Shown here: in pieces, positions 9,311 through 19,460 of the stretch
Layout of the letters: each line of letters starts with the position of its first letter
Numbering within the stretch: the stretch's first letter is position 1
Assembly (NCBI GenBank): GCA_963736025.1
Contig: CAVTNH010000010.1
Location: forward strand, 184,506 to 248,505
Length of the DNA stretch: 64,000 nt
Direction: 5' to 3'
Source of the DNA: an uncultured Chloroflexia bacterium
GTDB lineage: Bacteria > Chloroflexota > Limnocylindria > Limnocylindrales > CSP1-4
Translations under genes and position numbers: made by a program
Notes under the pieces: generated by a model
Told to the model about the DNA's origin: nothing
Database searches by the model: none
Seen by the model: the letters and a program-made list of their open reading frames with translations, nothing else

Positions 9311-10159
9311 TCAGCGCTGGGTGCTCTCGCCGCCGCGGTCGCGCAGGAAGCGCTCGATGTCCGCGATCAGGTCGTCGCCGGCCGGGAGGCGCTGCTCGTC
9401 GACCATCGCCTCGAGCCGTTCGACATAGGTCCGGGTCGTCTCCTCGAGCGCGGTCGCCGTGTCGAGGCGCGTCCGCAGCTGTGTCGCCTCGTCGGCGAGG
9501 TCGCCCGTCGGGAGCGTGACCCCGAGGTGCCGCCCGAGTGTCTCGATCAGGGCCACAGAGGCGGCCGGGTACGGACCCGAGATGTAGTGCGGGACCTGGG
9601 CGAAGTAGCCGAGCGCATTCACGCCCGACGTCGACACCTCGAACTCGAGCGCCGAGACGAAGGCGGACGGCACGCGCAGGGTGCCTGCCGGTCCGGGTGC
9701 CACGTCGGACTTCAGCAGCCCGGGCCGCGACTCCGTCCCGAGGATCGGGACCGGTCGCGTGTGCGGCACGGCGGCCGGGATGGCGCCCAGGCTGATCCAC
9801 TGCTCGACCCCGAGTCGCCCGACCATGTCGATGACGTCACGCACGAGCTCGCGCCAGCGGTAGTCCGGCTCGGGCCCGACGAGGACGAGCAGGTCGCGGT
9901 CGCCGGCCCGCGTCCGGCGCACGTCGAGCGTCGGCCAGGTCAGCTCGTCGAGCTTGCCGTCGACGATCTCCAGTGGCGGTCGTCGCGCCCGGTAGTCGAA
10001 GATCCGGTCGGCATCGAAGGTCGCGACGACGGGCGCGTCCTCGGCCAGCAGGGCCAGCGCCGAGGTCGCCGACGACCCGGCATCGACCCAGCCGTCGAAC
10101 GCGGCCAGCAGCGTCGGTGCGACGAGGTCACCCGGGTCATCAAGGTGATAGAGGGTCAC
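9311..10159 (-). CDS. PAC2 (proteasome assembly chaperone 2-like) family protein
   Basis: Intact 282-aa ORF. LLAAFDGWVDAGSSATSA, DYRARRPPLEIVDGKL, LVLVGPEPDYRWREL, GAIPAAVPHTRP. Confidence 0.85.
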   Translation of the reverse strand: MTLYHLDDPGDLVAPTLLAAFDGWVDAGSSATSALALLAEDAPVVATFDADRIFDYRARRPPLEIVDGKLDELTWPTLDVRRTRAGDRDLLVLVGPEPDYRWRELVRDVIDMVGRLGVEQWISLGAIPAAVPHTRPVPILGTESRPGLLKSDVAPGPAGTLRVPSAFVSALEFEVSTSGVNALGYFAQVPHYISGPYPAASVALIETLGRHLGVTLPTGDLADEATQLRTRLDTATALEETTRTYVERLEAMVDEQRLPAGDDLIADIERFLRDRGGESTQR

Positions 10160-10208
10160 CGCTCAAGGATAGGCGTCGGGCGATGCGCATCCAAGGGGAC
10201 GCGTGGGG

Positions 10209-11022
10209 TCAACCCGGTCGCGCGATGATCTCGCCCGAGGTCAGGACGAACCAGCCATCGGGCGAGGCGGCCCAGTCCCGCCAGGCCGTCGCGATCGTGG
10301 CCAACTCGTCGCGGTCTGCCAGGCCCGTTTCGAGCGCCTGGTCGGCGAACGCGGAGCGTGTCACGCGGTCCGCCCAGAGCGATCCCCACCACGCTCGTTC
10401 CTCCGGGGTCGCGTAGCACCACACGCTCGCCGATGCGGTCACGTCCGCGAAGCCGGCCGCGTGCGCCCAGGCGAGGAGGCGCCGACCGGCCGCCGGCTCG
10501 CCCCCATTCGAACGGGTGACCTGCCCGTACAGCTCCACCCAGCGGTCGAGCGCCGGCGCGTCGGGGTACCAGACGGTCGAAGCGAAGTCCATGTCCCGCG
10601 CGGCCACCACGCCGCCGGCCTTCGTCACACGGCGCATCTCCGCGAGGGCCGCCACCGGATCGGCCAGGTGCTGGAGGACCTGATGGGCATGCACGACATC
10701 GAAACGGTCGTCAGTCGAAGGCCAGCGCGTAGGCGTCGCCCGTCTCGAAGGTGACGTTGGTCAGGCCGGCCTCCGCGGCGTCCGCGGTCGCGGCGCGCAG
10801 CACGTCCGGTTCCGCGTCGATGCCGATCACCCGGCCCGGCGCCACGCGCCGCGCGAAGTCCAGCGTGATGGTGCCCGGGCCACACCCGACGTCGAGCAGG
10901 TCCAGCCCGGGTCGCAAGTGGGGGAGCAGGTACGCAGCCGAGTTCTCGGCCGTCCGCCAGCGGTGCGACCGCAGCACGCTCTCGTGGTGGCCGTGGGTGT
11001 ACCGCTCGCCGGGCGCCGTCAC
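10209..11022 (-). CDS. class I SAM-dependent methyltransferase; apparent 1-nt insertion near 10709
   Basis: GTG start 17 nt after the upstream stop. Motif I LDVGCGPGTITLD. GDAYALAFD joined to DDRFDVVHAHQVLQHLADP across the shift. Confidence 0.85.
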
Positions 11023-11038
11023 CTCGGTGGCGCGGCGG

Positions 11039-11832
11039 TCACGGTGCGGCGGACTCGGCCGGTTCCGCGGACGGTGGTGCGCAGGTCGCCGACGGGGCCG
11101 GTGCGGCCGACGCGGGCGGGAGGCCGGCGAGGATGGCCTTGCCAAGGGCCTCATCGCCACTCTCGATGTCGTAGACGACACCGTCCTTGATGTACCACAT
11201 GCTCGCGGGGGTGTCCTCGGCGAAGACGCCGGTGGTGATGTCCTTGTCGCCGATCGTTGCCGTCCCGGTGGTGAGCTCGGGGAAGTCCACACGCCAGCCG
11301 TTGATCACCGCATCGCGGAGCTTCTCGGGCTCGACGCCCGGGAGCCGGAACGCGAGGACGACCTCGAGGTCGAGCACGCCGTCGGGATCCTGGGCCTGGG
11401 CGATCTGGAGGTCCGCCGGCGTCTTGCCGACCGACGTCAGGAACGCACTCATGCTCGTGCCCCAGCTGTCGTCGAAGATGAACTCGGTACCCGTGAAGCT
11501 CTGGACGTCGAGCGTCGTGCATTCGAGCACGGTCGGCAGGGATGCCTCGAGGTCGGCGAACAGGTGGCTCGGCGGGATCTCTTCGTCCGGCGGCGTCGAC
11601 TCCTCGTCGATCGCCTCGTCGGACTCGATCGGCCCGGATGCGACCGCGGCCGGCTTGTCGTTGACGACCAGCACGCCGACCGTCGTCCAGCCGGCGGTCG
11701 CGATGATCACGGCGATGATCGCGAGAGCCGGCCAGAAGCCCGGTCCGCCGGACGACCCGGGGGGATTCGCCCCCGGCTCCGATGCCCTCGCCCGCCGGGA
11801 TTGGACGCCTCGCTCCCGCACCAGCACCTCCA
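11039..11832 (-). CDS. membrane-anchored extracytoplasmic hypothetical protein
   Basis: ATG 11832 (MEVLVRERG). TM segment FWPALAIIAVIIATAGWTTVGVLVV, then an acidic linker and a globular domain. In frame with the upstream kinase ORF with no intervening stop. Confidence 0.6.
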
Positions 11833-13148
11833 TCGACCGCCCGACCGTCGTGGCCGTGCGTCGAACAGTCTGCCACGTCGGGCGTGATGGCTCCCGGGGA
11901 GCGCCGCGGGCTAGAGGGTCCGTGGCCGGGCGCTCGGCGCGGGCGATGACCGCCGTCCGACCGAGCCAGTCCGGGACGTCCGCCTGGTGGTACGGGTGCT
12001 CGGACGACTCGATCCCGTCGAGGAACCGCTGGTAGACGAGCGCCATCCGGGCGGCAGCGACCGGGGCGATGAGCGCGGCGGCGCGCTCGGGATCCGAGCC
12101 CGGGACGAGGTCTCGCCAGCGGGCCAGCCAGCGGTCGCGGACCGGCGCCACCTGGGCCGGGTCGATCCGATCGAGGAATCCCGGCATGTCGAGCAGCGGG
12201 TGCCCGACGCCGCAGTCGCCCCAGTCGAGGAGGACGAGGTTCGAGCCCTCCCCGCGGACGTTGCCCGGGTGGCAGTCACCGTGGACGAGGCCATCGCCCA
12301 GGCCGCACGCGGCGATCGCCTCGAATCGGGCCGGCAGTCCCTCGACGAAGTCGGCGAGCGTGACCCGGTCCGCGGCCGCGACCCGGTGTCCGGCACGCTC
12401 GACGAGGTCGGCGATGGCCGCGGTCAGCGCCGAGGCGCGCCAGTCGGGGAGTCCGATCGCCCGCAGCTCCTCCGCGCGGCCGAGCCAGGCGACCTGGATC
12501 CCGACGAGGATGTCGACCATCGCGTGCAACTGGGGGAGTGGCGCGTCGTACTGGTCCTCGCCCGGGATCCCGGCAAGGATGACCCGCGGACCGTCGTGAC
12601 CGAGGAGGGCCGGGACCGGAGCGCCGGCGAGTGCCTCGAGGATCGCGCCCTCGTGGGCGAAGAACGGCGGGACGACTTTCAGCCACGCGTCGCCGCCGGT
12701 CGTCGGCAGGCGCCACAGGCTCGAGAGGTTCCATGACCGGATCTGCTCGGGCGGTCCGCTCGGGGCCATGTCCCGGGCGCGGAGCACGCCGTCGGCCCAG
12801 GCGAGGTCCGCGGCCGGCCCGCCCGGTTCTGGCCCATGGGAGGCGAAGCGGGTCGTCGGTCAGCCGTCCCGGCCAGGGCTCGAGGGCGGCGCGTGCCGCT
12901 GCGTCCATGGTCGCCGCGTCGACCTCGGCCAGGTAGGTCACGGCACCGCCATGGGCCGATGGTCGCTCCGTCGCGAGGAGCCGCAGGATCGTCACGTCCA
13001 GCCCGAACCGGTCGCGCGCCTCCCGGACGACCGGGCCGACATCCATCCACCACGGCGTCGCGGCGACGAACGCCGGCAGCCGTCCGAGGACCTCGCCGTC
13101 GCGGGTGACGAGCACGAGCGTCGCGACGCGCGGCGGCGGATCGATCAC
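11833..13148 (-). CDS. aminoglycoside/choline-kinase-type phosphotransferase (APH family) with N-terminal extension; apparent 1-nt insertion near 12822; 3' end uncertain
   Basis: GTG 13148 (VIDPPPRVATLVLVTRDGEVLG). PWARTG joined to GPAADLAWADGVL across the shift. Catalytic motifs LVHGDCHPGNV and LLDWGDCGVGHPLLD. No in-frame stop before the next ORF. Confidence 0.75.
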
Positions 13149-13185
13149 GACGCGCCGGCGGGCGTCGGCATGTCGCGCCGGCCGG

Positions 13186-13560
13186 TCAGCGCCCCAGCCA
13201 ACGGACCGGGCGAGGCTCGATGTGGGGCATGGCCACCCAGTCCTCGCGGACGGGCGCGAAGACGTCGATGACGAGCGCCCCGTCGGGGCCGGTGACGACG
13301 TTGTGAGGCCGGTTCGACGGGATGCGCCACGTGCCACCGGGCCCAAGCTCCCGCGTCTCGCCATCGACCGTGAACGTGACGCTCCCGGAGACCACCATCC
13401 CGAGCTGCTCGTGCTCGTGGCGGTGCTCAGGCACGACCGAGCCGGGGGCGAGCTCGACGATCGCGAGGCTCAGCCGCTCGCCGTTGATCGACCGGGCGCG
13501 GACGCTCTCGCCCCACACATCGAAGGGCGGCACGGCGTCGAAATCGACGAGGTGGCTCAC
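13186..13560 (-). CDS. cupin domain protein
   Basis: AGGAGC SD upstream of GTG 13560. VVPEHRHEHEQLGMVVSG ... GGTWRIPSNRPHNV. Confidence 0.8.
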   Translation of the reverse strand: MSHLVDFDAVPPFDVWGESVRARSINGERLSLAIVELAPGSVVPEHRHEHEQLGMVVSGSVTFTVDGETRELGPGGTWRIPSNRPHNVVTGPDGALVIDVFAPVREDWVAMPHIEPRPVRWLGR

Positions 13561-13633
13561 GGCGACGCTCCTGGCGGTCGGTATGGGTGGACCGAGCCAG
13601 TCTGACACGGGCCGGCTTCGGTACGATGCGACC

Positions 13634-14210
13634 GTGGCATCGAACGACTACCACTTCGTCACGACCTGGCACATCGCGGCGACGCCCGAGGAGATCACCG
13701 CGGTCCTGGGCGACGCGGCCGGCGCTGTCGCGCTGGTGGCCGTCGGTCTACCTGCGCGTGCGGGAGCTCCAGCCGGGCGACGCGACGGGCCTGGGCAAGG
13801 TCGTCAGCCTGTGGACGAAGGGCTGGCTGCCGTACACCCTGCGCTGGCAGTTCACGGTCACCGAGTCCGACCCGCCGCACGGCTTCCGCCTGGAGGCCGA
13901 GGGCGACTTCATCGGGGTCGGGATCTGGTCGCTGGTCCCGGAGCGGACGGCCGACGCCCCGGACGGACCGCTGACCGCCGTGACCTACGACTGGACGGTC
14001 GTCGCCGAGAAGGGCGTCCTCAAGCGGCTGTCGGCCGTGATGAAGCCGATCTTCTCGGCGAACCACCACTGGGCGATGGCCCGTGGGGAGGAGAGCCTGC
14101 GGCTCGAGCTGGCCCGCCGCCACGCCGCATCGGACCCGACGATCGCCGCGGCGATCCCGCCGCCACCGGCGCCGACGTTCCCGCACAACAGGCTGATCCG
14201 CCAGCGCTGA
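13634..14210 (+). CDS. SRPBCC (START/polyketide-cyclase-like) family protein; apparent 1-nt insertion near 13720
   Basis: GTG 13634 gives VASNDYHFVTTWHIAATPEEITAVLGDAA, joined to LSRWWPSVYLRVRELQPGD...WTKGWLPYTLRWQFTVTE. Confidence 0.8.
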
Positions 14211-14216
14211 GGGCCG

Positions 14217-15190
14217 TCAGCCGCGCAGGCGCTCCGCCAGCCAGCGCATCTTCGCGACCTCGTGGAAGCCCTGGCCGCCCTCGTGGGCGTTGAACGGGTA
14301 CTCCACGATCTCCTTCGGGCCGCCGTAGTGGTTGTACGCCGCGTACACGGTGGACGGCGGGCGTGATCTCGTCCATCAGCCCGACCGAGAAGAGCGCCGG
14401 CGCGACCGCCCGCCGACCCAGGATCGCCCCGTCGAAGTAGGCGAGCGTCCGTTGGGCGGCCTCGACATGGTCGCGGTGGGCCTTGAGGTAGCGGCCGATC
14501 TCCGCGTACGGATCCTTGTCCTGCAGCGTGATCGCGCGCGGGAAGTCGCACAGGAACGGCACGTCGGGCATGGCGGCGGCGATGTCGGGCACGAGCGCGG
14601 CCACGGCCAGGCTGATGCCGCCGCCCTGGCTGCCGCCGGTGACCGCGACCCGGTCCCGGTCGATCGCGGGGTGCCGCCGGACGGCCTCGACCGCGCGCAC
14701 GCCATCGACGAAGACGCGCCGGTAGTAGTAGTCCTCGGGCGCCAGGATGCCGCGGGTCATGAAGCCCGGGTGGAACGGGGCGCCGGTCGGGTCCGGGTCC
14801 GGGGTCGCGCCGACGGACCAGGTCGAGCCCTGGCCGCGCGTGTCCATCAGGAAGTAGGCGTAGCCGGCGGCCGCCCACATGACCCGTTCGTGCGGCAGGC
14901 CGCGCCCGCCGCCGTACCCGACGAACTCGACGACCGCGGGCAGCGGGCCCTTGGCGCCCGGCCGGCAGGTGCAGCCAGCCCTTGACGGTGTTCCCGCCGA
15001 ACCCGGCGAACCCGACATCGAACGTCTCGATGAGCGTCAGCCCGGTGTCGACGGGCGTGGCGGTCGCGACGAGGTCCGTGGCCTCCGCCTCGGCCAGCGT
15101 CCGGTCCCAGAACGGCCACAGGTCATCGGGCTCGGGCAGGTCCGGGGTGTACCGCCGCATCTCGTCGAGCGGCAGGTCGTACTGGGGCAT
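14217..15190 (-). CDS. acetylxylan esterase / cephalosporin-C deacetylase (CE7); two apparent 1-nt insertions near 14957 and 14359
   Basis: [33 protein letters not shown], nucleophile elbow [15 protein letters not shown], and MDEITP joined to [28 protein letters not shown]. Length 974 nt = 324 codons + 2. Confidence 0.9.
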
Positions 15191-15268
15191 CGGCCGGATT
15201 CTGGCATGTCGCGACCCGGCGGTGCGCCCCGATGCGCGGGTCCCGGGCGGGTAGGGCAGACTGCGCCG

Positions 15269-16099
15269 ATGCACGACCTGGGCACCCACGGCTCGCCGCT
15301 CGAGTACTGGTTCTGGAAGGTCCGGACGCCCGAGGGCGGCGCGATCGTCGACTACGTCGTGCGCCGCGAGACGGGCACGGCCGAGGTCCGCGTCAGCACC
15401 TGGCGACCGGGCGTGCACCCGGTCATCCACGAAGCCTCGACGGACTGGTCCGACCACGCCGACGGCATCCGGATCGGCGAATCGCGCCTCGACGCGAAGG
15501 GATCCGCAGGCTCGGCGGGCGACGTCCGCTGGGACGTCCGCTGGGAGCTGGGCGAGCCGCGGCTGGCACCGCGGCCGGACTGGTTCGGCCCGCTCCATCC
15601 GTTCGACATGGAGCTGGTCGCGCGACCGCACGCCCACGTCACCGGCCTACTGCGCCTGGGTCCGAGGACCATCAGGCTCGATGGCGCCGGTCTCGTCTCC
15701 CACTACTGGGGCCGCCGGCTGCCCGACCGCTGGACGTGGATCTCGGCGTCGGGTTTCGACGACGACCCGGGTGCGCGCCTGGAGGCGCTGTTGGTCTCCA
15801 GCCGTCTGTGGGGTGGACCGCTGCACGTGCCGGCGGGCTACGTGTGGCTGTCCCAGGACGGGCACGCGCAGGAGACCATCGAGCCGCTGACCGGCGCGAT
15901 CCGGATCGCTCGCGACGGCCACGGGGTCCGGCTCACGAGCATCCGTGCGGACGGCCGGCGCCACACGATCGACTGCTCGGCGCCGTCCGACACGTTCAAC
16001 GAGGTGGGCGACGGGGTCGAGCAGTCGTTGTCGGCCGACCTCTCGCTCGACGGCCAGCTCCGGACGTCCGGGACGGTGGGCCTGGAGTTCCGCGGCTGA
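15269..16099 (+). CDS. hypothetical protein (beta-rich; possibly AttH/CrtC-like fold)
   Basis: ATG 15269 (MHDLGTHGSPLEYWFWKV). Continuous high-GC3 276-aa ORF with no motif I can name. Confidence 0.6.
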   Translation: MHDLGTHGSPLEYWFWKVRTPEGGAIVDYVVRRETGTAEVRVSTWRPGVHPVIHEASTDWSDHADGIRIGESRLDAKGSAGSAGDVRWDVRWELGEPRLAPRPDWFGPLHPFDMELVARPHAHVTGLLRLGPRTIRLDGAGLVSHYWGRRLPDRWTWISASGFDDDPGARLEALLVSSRLWGGPLHVPAGYVWLSQDGHAQETIEPLTGAIRIARDGHGVRLTSIRADGRRHTIDCSAPSDTFNEVGDGVEQSLSADLSLDGQLRTSGTVGLEFRG

Positions 16100-16125
16100 G
16101 GCTGGCGAACGCGGCCGGCACAAGG

Positions 16126-16157
16126 AAGAGCGGCGGTCGTCGCCGACCGCCGCTCTT
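16126..16157. terminator. bidirectional stem-loop between convergent genes
   Basis: Perfect 14-bp stem AAGAGCGGCGGTCG-TCGC-CGACCGCCGCTCTT lying between the stops at 16099 and 16178. Confidence 0.6.
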
Positions 16158-16177
16158 GACCCCGGGACCTGATGTGG

Positions 16178-16723
16178 TCAGACGACCTTGACGACCACGA
16201 AGCGGTTCTCGAGCGGATGGACGCCGTGGCGGCCGAGCCAGATCCGGCCGACCGGCAGCTTGTGGCCGGCCATCGAGCCCGAGATGACCAGGCGCTGCGC
16301 GCACGCCGTCTTCAGGTCGAAGCCGTCGATCCTGCCGTAGTTGCGGAACCGGTAGGTCAGCGTGAGCTTGTCGGCGCTCAACGTGATGCCGTCGCGGTTC
16401 TCGAGGCGGAACGGCGTCACGGTCATCGGGGCACTCGAGACGATCCTGCCCGCGAAGATGACCTTCCTGGAGCCCGCGTGGGTGACCCGCACGTGCCAGC
16501 CCCTGGCGTCGTGCCAGATGTAGTCGCCGCCCTTCGCGCCCGCGTGGAGCCGGATCGGCCGACCCTGGACCGAGGCCGGCCAGTGGGTGTCGGGGCAGTC
16601 GGTCGCGGCGGTCGTGGTGGCAGCCGGAGACGCGGCGAACGTGGCGGCCGGCACGATGAGACCCGCACCCAGCGCGCTGATCGTGAGCAACCCGGTGATG
16701 AGACGTCGACGGTGGTTCCGCAA
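16178..16723 (-). CDS. secreted hypothetical protein with Tat-type signal peptide
   Basis: MRNHRRRLITGLLTISALGAGLIVPAATFA is a twin-arginine signal, followed by a beta-rich mature domain. Confidence 0.7.
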   Translation of the reverse strand: MRNHRRRLITGLLTISALGAGLIVPAATFAASPAATTTAATDCPDTHWPASVQGRPIRLHAGAKGGDYIWHDARGWHVRVTHAGSRKVIFAGRIVSSAPMTVTPFRLENRDGITLSADKLTLTYRFRNYGRIDGFDLKTACAQRLVISGSMAGHKLPVGRIWLGRHGVHPLENRFVVVKVV

Positions 16724-16842
16724 GACGAGCTCCCTTCGTGAGGATCCCGCGGTGAGCGCGGGCTTGGACGTCGTCAGGATGCCGTCGAGGCTGTGAAGAG
16801 CGCGTTAAGGTGAACGGCGAACAGGGATCGGGAGGGGATTCG

Positions 16843-18058
16843 ATGGTCGACGACACGACGCGGGGCGGCTCGCACGACATCGAGGTCACCGGCGACGCCG
16901 CGACGTGGCCCGTCCACTTCGTCCCCAGCGACAAGAAGCAACCGCCCGAACCGGGCACGTCCGGGCTGTGCCTCTCGGGCGGCGGCTCGCGGGCGATGCT
17001 GTTCCACGTCGGGGCGCTGCGACGGCTCAACGAGCTCGGGCTGCTGGCCCGGCTGGACCGGATCTCGAGCGTCTCGGGCGGGTCGATCGTCTCCGGGCTG
17101 CTCGGCATCCACTGGAAGGACCTGAACTTCGTCGACGACGTCGCGACGAACTTCGAGACGCAGCTCGCGGAGCCGATCATGGCCTTCGCCTCGCTCCAGG
17201 TGGACATCCCGGCGGGCATCAGGGGCGTCCTTCTGCCCGGCGCCACGGCCGCATCGACCTTCACGAAGATCCTGCAGGACCACCTCTACGGCGACGCGAC
17301 GCTGCAGGCCCTGCCCACCGACGACGAAGGTCCGCGGTTCGTCATCAACGCGACGAACCTCCAGTCGGGGGTGCTCTTCCGCTTCAGCAGGCCGTACGTC
17401 GCGGACTGGAAGCTCGGGATCTACGAAGGGGCAGACGTTCCCGATCGCGGTCGCGGTGGCCGCGTCGGCCGCCTTCCCGCCGTTCTTCTCACCGGTGCGA
17501 CTCGACATCCCGGACGGCAAGTTCACGCCCGGCTCGGGCGACGCGAAGGCCGGCATCGACACGCCCGAGTTCCAGCGACGGATCCTCCTCGCCGACGGAG
17601 GCGTCTACGACAACCTCGGACTCGAGACCGTCTTCAAGAGCTGCTACACGATCTATGCGAGCGACGGTGGCGGCCGCATGAAGGAGACGCCCGACATCGC
17701 CACCGACTGGATCCGCCAGCCGCTGCGGGTCATGAACGTCATCGACAACCAGGTCCGGAGCCTGCGCAAGCGCCTCCTGCTCGCGTCCTTCGGCAAGGAC
17801 CACGACGGCGCGTACTGGGCGACGTGGTCGGAGATGGACGACCTCGCCAAGCTCCACGTGCCGGGCCTGCTGCCCTGTCCGATCGAGAAGACGAGGCCGC
17901 TTGCGGAGATGGCGACGCGGCTCACGAAGGTCCCGGTCGCGCGCCGGCGCGCGCTCGCCAACTGGGGCTACGCGATCGCGGACGCCTCGATCCGGGCGGC
18001 CGCGCCGGGCAAGTACGACGCGCCCGGCGACTTCCCGTACCCGGGCGGCCTCGGCTGA
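16843..18058 (+). CDS. patatin-like phospholipase; apparent 1-nt insertion near 17443
   Basis: GGGAGGGG SD upstream of ATG 16843. Oxyanion motif LSGGGSRAMLFHVG, nucleophile region ISSVSGGSIVSG, catalytic Asp motif LADGGVYDNLG. ADVP joined to IAVAVAASAAFPPFF across the shift. Confidence 0.85.
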
Positions 18059-18087
18059 CGGCCAGGACCGACCGACACGTCTGATCG

Positions 18088-18660
18088 CTAGCCCGAGGCG
18101 GTCGTGCTCTCGAGGTCCTTGCGCAGCACGTCGGCCTGCTTCTGGAGCCCGTCGAAGAACGCGCCGGGCGTCAGGCCGAACGCCGCGGCCACCAGGATGC
18201 CGCCGACGTTCGAGAGGTCGTAGATCGACCCGAGCGAGATGGTCGCGGCGACGTTCTGCGGGTCGGCCGAGAGCGAGGTCGCGAGGGCGGGCGCGACGTT
18301 GATCAGCAGGACGCCGCCGACCGCCGCGAGCCCCGACAGGAGCGGCGTGTGCAGGAGGCGCGCCTCGAAGAGCCCGTAGTCGTCGACCGCGGAGCTCGAC
18401 TTCGCCTCGCGGCGGAGCCGGTCCAGCAGGCCGACGGTGGCCCCGACCAGGAAGAACAGGATCGCGGCCATGAGGTTGGCCGGGGTCGCGCCCGCGAAGA
18501 TCACGACCACCTCGATGCCGTAGGCGAGCAGCGAGGTGACGAAGATCGTCAGCAGCAGGCGGTTCCGGGCTCGCTCGATCTCGCCGCGCCGGGAGTCGCG
18601 GAAGTCGTTGATGGCGTGGAGCACGACCCGCAGGATCGTGCGGGCGGTCATCTCGCTCAC
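18088..18660 (-). CDS. multi-pass membrane hypothetical protein
   Basis: GTG start overlaps the upstream stop (GTGA). Four hydrophobic helices: LLLTIFVTSLLAYGIEVVVIF, LMAAILFFLVGATVGLL, LLSGLAAVGGVLLINVAP, GGILVAAAFGL. Could be the C-terminal half of one frameshifted gene together with 18657-19397. Confidence 0.6.
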   Translation of the reverse strand: MSEMTARTILRVVLHAINDFRDSRRGEIERARNRLLLTIFVTSLLAYGIEVVVIFAGATPANLMAAILFFLVGATVGLLDRLRREAKSSSAVDDYGLFEARLLHTPLLSGLAAVGGVLLINVAPALATSLSADPQNVAATISLGSIYDLSNVGGILVAAAFGLTPGAFFDGLQKQADVLRKDLESTTASG

Positions 18661-19397
18661 TTGCCGGGCCCTCCGCCGAGCGCCTCGGCCGTCGCCGCGA
18701 AGTAGGTCTCCGCGATCGCCTTGTCGAGGCCGCGGACCGCGGCCCCCTGCATCGCCAGCAGGGCCGGTGCCTGGGGGATGGTCGAGCCGACCAGCCGGCG
18801 CCGGTCGAGCAGGGCCTGCGCGATGACCTCGGTCATCGGCTCGATGAGGAGCAGGGCCTCCTCCCCGGCGTGGATGAGCTGCCACACGCCGACCAGGCCG
18901 ACACTGCCGGAGCCGTCGTCGGCGCCGGGTGGCTGCGTCGCGTCGGCCGTCGATCCGCCGGTGGCGTCGCCGTCGCCGAGCGAGCGCCTGAGGCGGCCCA
19001 CGATCCGTTCGACGTCGCTGATCGCGAGCTGCGCGGTGGCCGCCTCGTCGGCGTTCGCGAACGTCTTCTTGGCGGCCTTTGCCACCTCGAGGCGAGCCTC
19101 GAGCCGCTGGTAGCGCTCCCAGAGCTCGAGGAACGAGCGGCTGCGATCGCGGCCGCGCATGAACGGGATCGCGATCGCGCCACCGAGCACGGCGACGAGG
19201 AGCGCGGCCACGATGCCGATCAACACCGAGGTCGCCGCGTCCCGGCCGAGCGGCGCCGGGAGCAGGTACGCGATGAACATCGCACCCGACGCGGTCGCGG
19301 GCATGATCGGCGCCACGAAGCGCACGCCGGCCACGTACCGCTCGAGCTGGCTCGGGCCCGAACGCGACACCGCGGGCCCCTCGGTCGATCCGGTCAT
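18657..19397 (-). CDS. membrane hypothetical protein (2 TM plus a helical cytoplasmic region)
   Basis: TM helices GAMFIAYLLPAPL and VLIGIVAALLVAVLGGAIAIPF, then a coiled-coil-like segment ELWERYQRLEARLEVAKAAKK. No recognisable motif. Confidence 0.6.
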   Translation of the reverse strand: MTGSTEGPAVSRSGPSQLERYVAGVRFVAPIMPATASGAMFIAYLLPAPLGRDAATSVLIGIVAALLVAVLGGAIAIPFMRGRDRSRSFLELWERYQRLEARLEVAKAAKKTFANADEAATAQLAISDVERIVGRLRRSLGDGDATGGSTADATQPPGADDGSGSVGLVGVWQLIHAGEEALLLIEPMTEVIAQALLDRRRLVGSTIPQAPALLAMQGAAVRGLDKAIAETYFAATAEALGGGPGK

Positions 19398-19460
19398 GTG
19401 CGCACCCTCCTCGACCGCATGCTATCGACGGCCCATCTCCACGGCGTCGCGTCGCGCAGA

